A DNA stretch of 36,730 nucleotides, taken from positions 27,158,501 through 27,195,230 of the forward strand of contig NC_068981.1 in NCBI RefSeq assembly GCF_001194135.2, in the 5' to 3' direction. The DNA is from Octopus bimaculoides. Lineage: Eukaryota. The translations under genes and the position numbers were made by a program. Shown one piece after another: positions 34,589 through 36,730 of the stretch. Numbering within the stretch: position 1 is the stretch's first letter; every line of letters begins with the position of its first letter. The notes under the pieces were generated by a model. The model was given only the letters and a program-made list of their open reading frames with translations. It had not been told where the DNA came from and ran no database searches.

Positions 34589-34806
34589 TACAAGGAATGC
34601 TGAAAAGTTCAGGGCTTTGTGTAAAAGAAAATACTGGAGGATCAGTTAATTATGATTTTATTCAACATACGTTCCTCTCAGAATTACACACTTATTGAGT
34701 AGTCCTTTAGTTTTCTAACCGCTGTAAAAGAACTCGGAAGGTTGTGTCTACAACCGGGCCTTTCGTGATACCTTTAAAGTCTGGAACCTCTTAGTACCCC
34801 ATCGTA
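34589..34806. mobile_element. Mariner-type MITE (~218 bp) with TA ends
   Basis: Left tacaaggaatgctgaaaagttcagggcttt (34589-34618) versus the reverse complement of the right end (34776-34806), tacgatggggtactaagaggttccagacttt; TA at both outer ends. Confidence 0.7.
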
Positions 34807-35340
34807 CGTGGGCTTCTCGATCCGTAATTGCTAAATCTAGAATTGATGATTTATGTGTTGCATATGTGAACATTCCCGTGAATTTTGCAACCACATAATC
34901 ATGCAAAGATGAAGCTACGTCCTCGACACTAAGTTAGAAACAATTATTGCCCTCATATTATTCTGAGAATACCACTGAAGAGGTGTTGAAATGCTAATTG
35001 AGTAATCGGTACGACTAATCTGCTGTTCCAAACACCATGTCATGAAATTATAGCGTTATAATTTCTTGTCGACTCACTGTTATCTTTCCCTTGTTTCCAT
35101 TCCTAGTCGATCTATATGACACCTATTTCTGATGTCAGCAGCTGGTATATATATTTTGATCAAATGAGCGTCTCAGTAGCAGCTGGCAAGGTGAATGACC
35201 AGTGAAAGATCTTGGTAATTGTTTGTAATTACTCCATATTAGTTGGCGCATTTGGGAGTCATTCACTTATTCTAAGCTATATTCATACACACACGAATAT
35301 ACCAACACACAAATGTATGTGTGTGCTTGCGTATATATCT

Positions 35341-35555
35341 TCTATCTTTTCTTCTATTTTTTTTGTGTTTCAGTCATGAGACCGCAGCCATACTGGAGCA
35401 CCGCTTTGAAGAATTTGTAATTGAATGAATCGACTCCACTATTTATATTTGTAATCCTTGTAAAAATGTAAGTAGCGACTAGTTTGAAGAACCACTAAAT
35501 AACGGGGACAAGTTAACCAAAACCGGTGGGTGATAAACACAAACACACACACGTG
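35341..35555 (-). mobile_element. SINE family B 3' half
   Basis: Reverse complement ttcaaagcggtgctccagtatggctgcggtctcatgactgaaacac matches 13698-13745; the segment at 35505-35550 matches the 13545-13610 region after the (TG)n tract. Confidence 0.7.
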
Positions 35556-36107
35556 CGCACGCGTATGGATCCGAAGCAAAATCTCACTGACTCATTGATA
35601 TTTCAAATCTTTAAAATCATATAGCACTTTTAATAGTTTAAACAACTTACACTGTCATCAATATAATCATTAAAAGTTATATATAAATACAGCAACAAAT
35701 CTGAATATGAAGTAAAGCTGTTTTATAAGAAAATATAAATCGAATTTCAATATTTCAATTGGAATTTCGATATGTCAGTTACCCATCTCATTCAATTAAA
35801 TTATATTGTTTTATCTATGAAATTTTTATTGATTATATATGGACGAGGTTGTTTCACTTTTGATGCAAAGATAGTTTCAGAAAATAAGAACGAAATTTTA
35901 AAGGGTCAATGGGTTCTTTCATTTTAAGCATTTTCTTCTGAACTTTCTTGTTAGTCAGTCATTTTATCTCTATGCGAATTCATTCGTTTTATAAATATTG
36001 CATTGAGGTTGTTATACACTGACATTTAACGACTGGTTAAAAATTGAAGCCTTACATTCAATGGATATATTTCTACAGTGTGTAAACCCTAATTCAATGT
36101 TGGTGTG

Positions 36108-36108
<1 letters not shown>

Positions 36109-36168
<60 letters not shown>
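36109..36168. repeat. (GATA)n microsatellite
   Basis: Direct reading of the sequence. Confidence 0.97.
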
Positions 36169-36169
36169 T

Positions 36170-36473
36170 AAGGCGCATGGCTTAGTAGTTCAGGTGTTGC
36201 ACTCCTGATTGCGAGATCGTGGGTTTGACTCCCAAATCGGGCGTTGCGTCTGATTCTCGTGCAAGGCATTTCATTTCACGTCGCTCTGCGATCGTTTCAA
36301 CATCTGACATGTGGTACCCGTTGCACCTCTACAGGTGATGTCGATCTAATGGAGGAAGTGACCTGATGTCTCCACAAACATTTCATCTCTATAAACAAAT
36401 CATCTGTATGGTTGTTCGATAAGAAATTGCCGAACCCTCATACGACGTCTAACGATGACAGAGTACTTCATCA
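36170..36473 (+). mobile_element. tRNA-derived SINE, family C-related, older copy
   Basis: A-box tggcttagtag (36178-36188) and B-box ggtttgactccc (36222-36233). The 3' end gaaccctcatacgacgtctaacgatgacagagtac resembles ggaaccctcgacatcgtaagcgacggagtgcc of the young copy, but the central region differs. Confidence 0.7.
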
Positions 36474-36480
36474 TATAGAT

Positions 36481-36520
<40 letters not shown>

Positions 36521-36730
36521 GCACGTGTGTGTGTGCGCGCGCGCGCATGTTTGGAAGGGCGCTGATTTTCAATTTGCAGGGTGTCGAGAACAAGACAGCA
36601 AACACCCCAGTAGACTTAATGATGCTGGCGGTTTAGTCGCCGCGGCCCACCCATGTATTAGGTTGATATTCTTCCAATGTTACAAGTAGCATTGAACAGT
36701 GAACTGATATGCACACGCGCGCATATATAT

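Noticed and set aside
1-36730. CRISPR array, operons or other prokaryotic systems
   Set aside because: No regularly spaced repeat-spacer array and no gene-dense region; the sequence is clearly eukaryotic repeat-rich DNA.

Overview
Eukaryotic, AT-rich, repeat-dominated genomic DNA from a gapped draft assembly with nine N-runs, most flanked by (AT)n-type microsatellites. The repeat repertoire resembles what I recall of Octopus/coleoid cephalopod genomes; this is recognition from memory, not a database result. I recognise no host protein-coding gene, rRNA, intact tRNA, CRISPR array or prokaryotic system. Most supplied ORFs are artefacts of microsatellites or N-gaps. Well supported features: a decayed Penelope-like retroelement RT region (1-1090); a decayed, 3'-truncated mariner transposase (4459-5158); two Tc1/mariner-type MITEs; one hAT-type MITE with an 8-bp TSD; about 12 copies or fragments of three tRNA-derived SINE families, including one young full-length copy with a perfect 9-bp TSD; a probable CR1/L2-group LINE 3' remnant; and two gap-flanking duplications that look like assembly artefacts. 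The most interesting unexplained signals are all hypotheses: a CRE/ATF motif cluster whose TATA-like word is the target site of the hAT MITE, a near-textbook predicted + strand intron (23392-24005) followed by a second perfect donor, a CTCF-like motif, a signal-peptide-like mini-ORF and a few orphan exon-like islands. I found no convincing evidence of a novel biological system.
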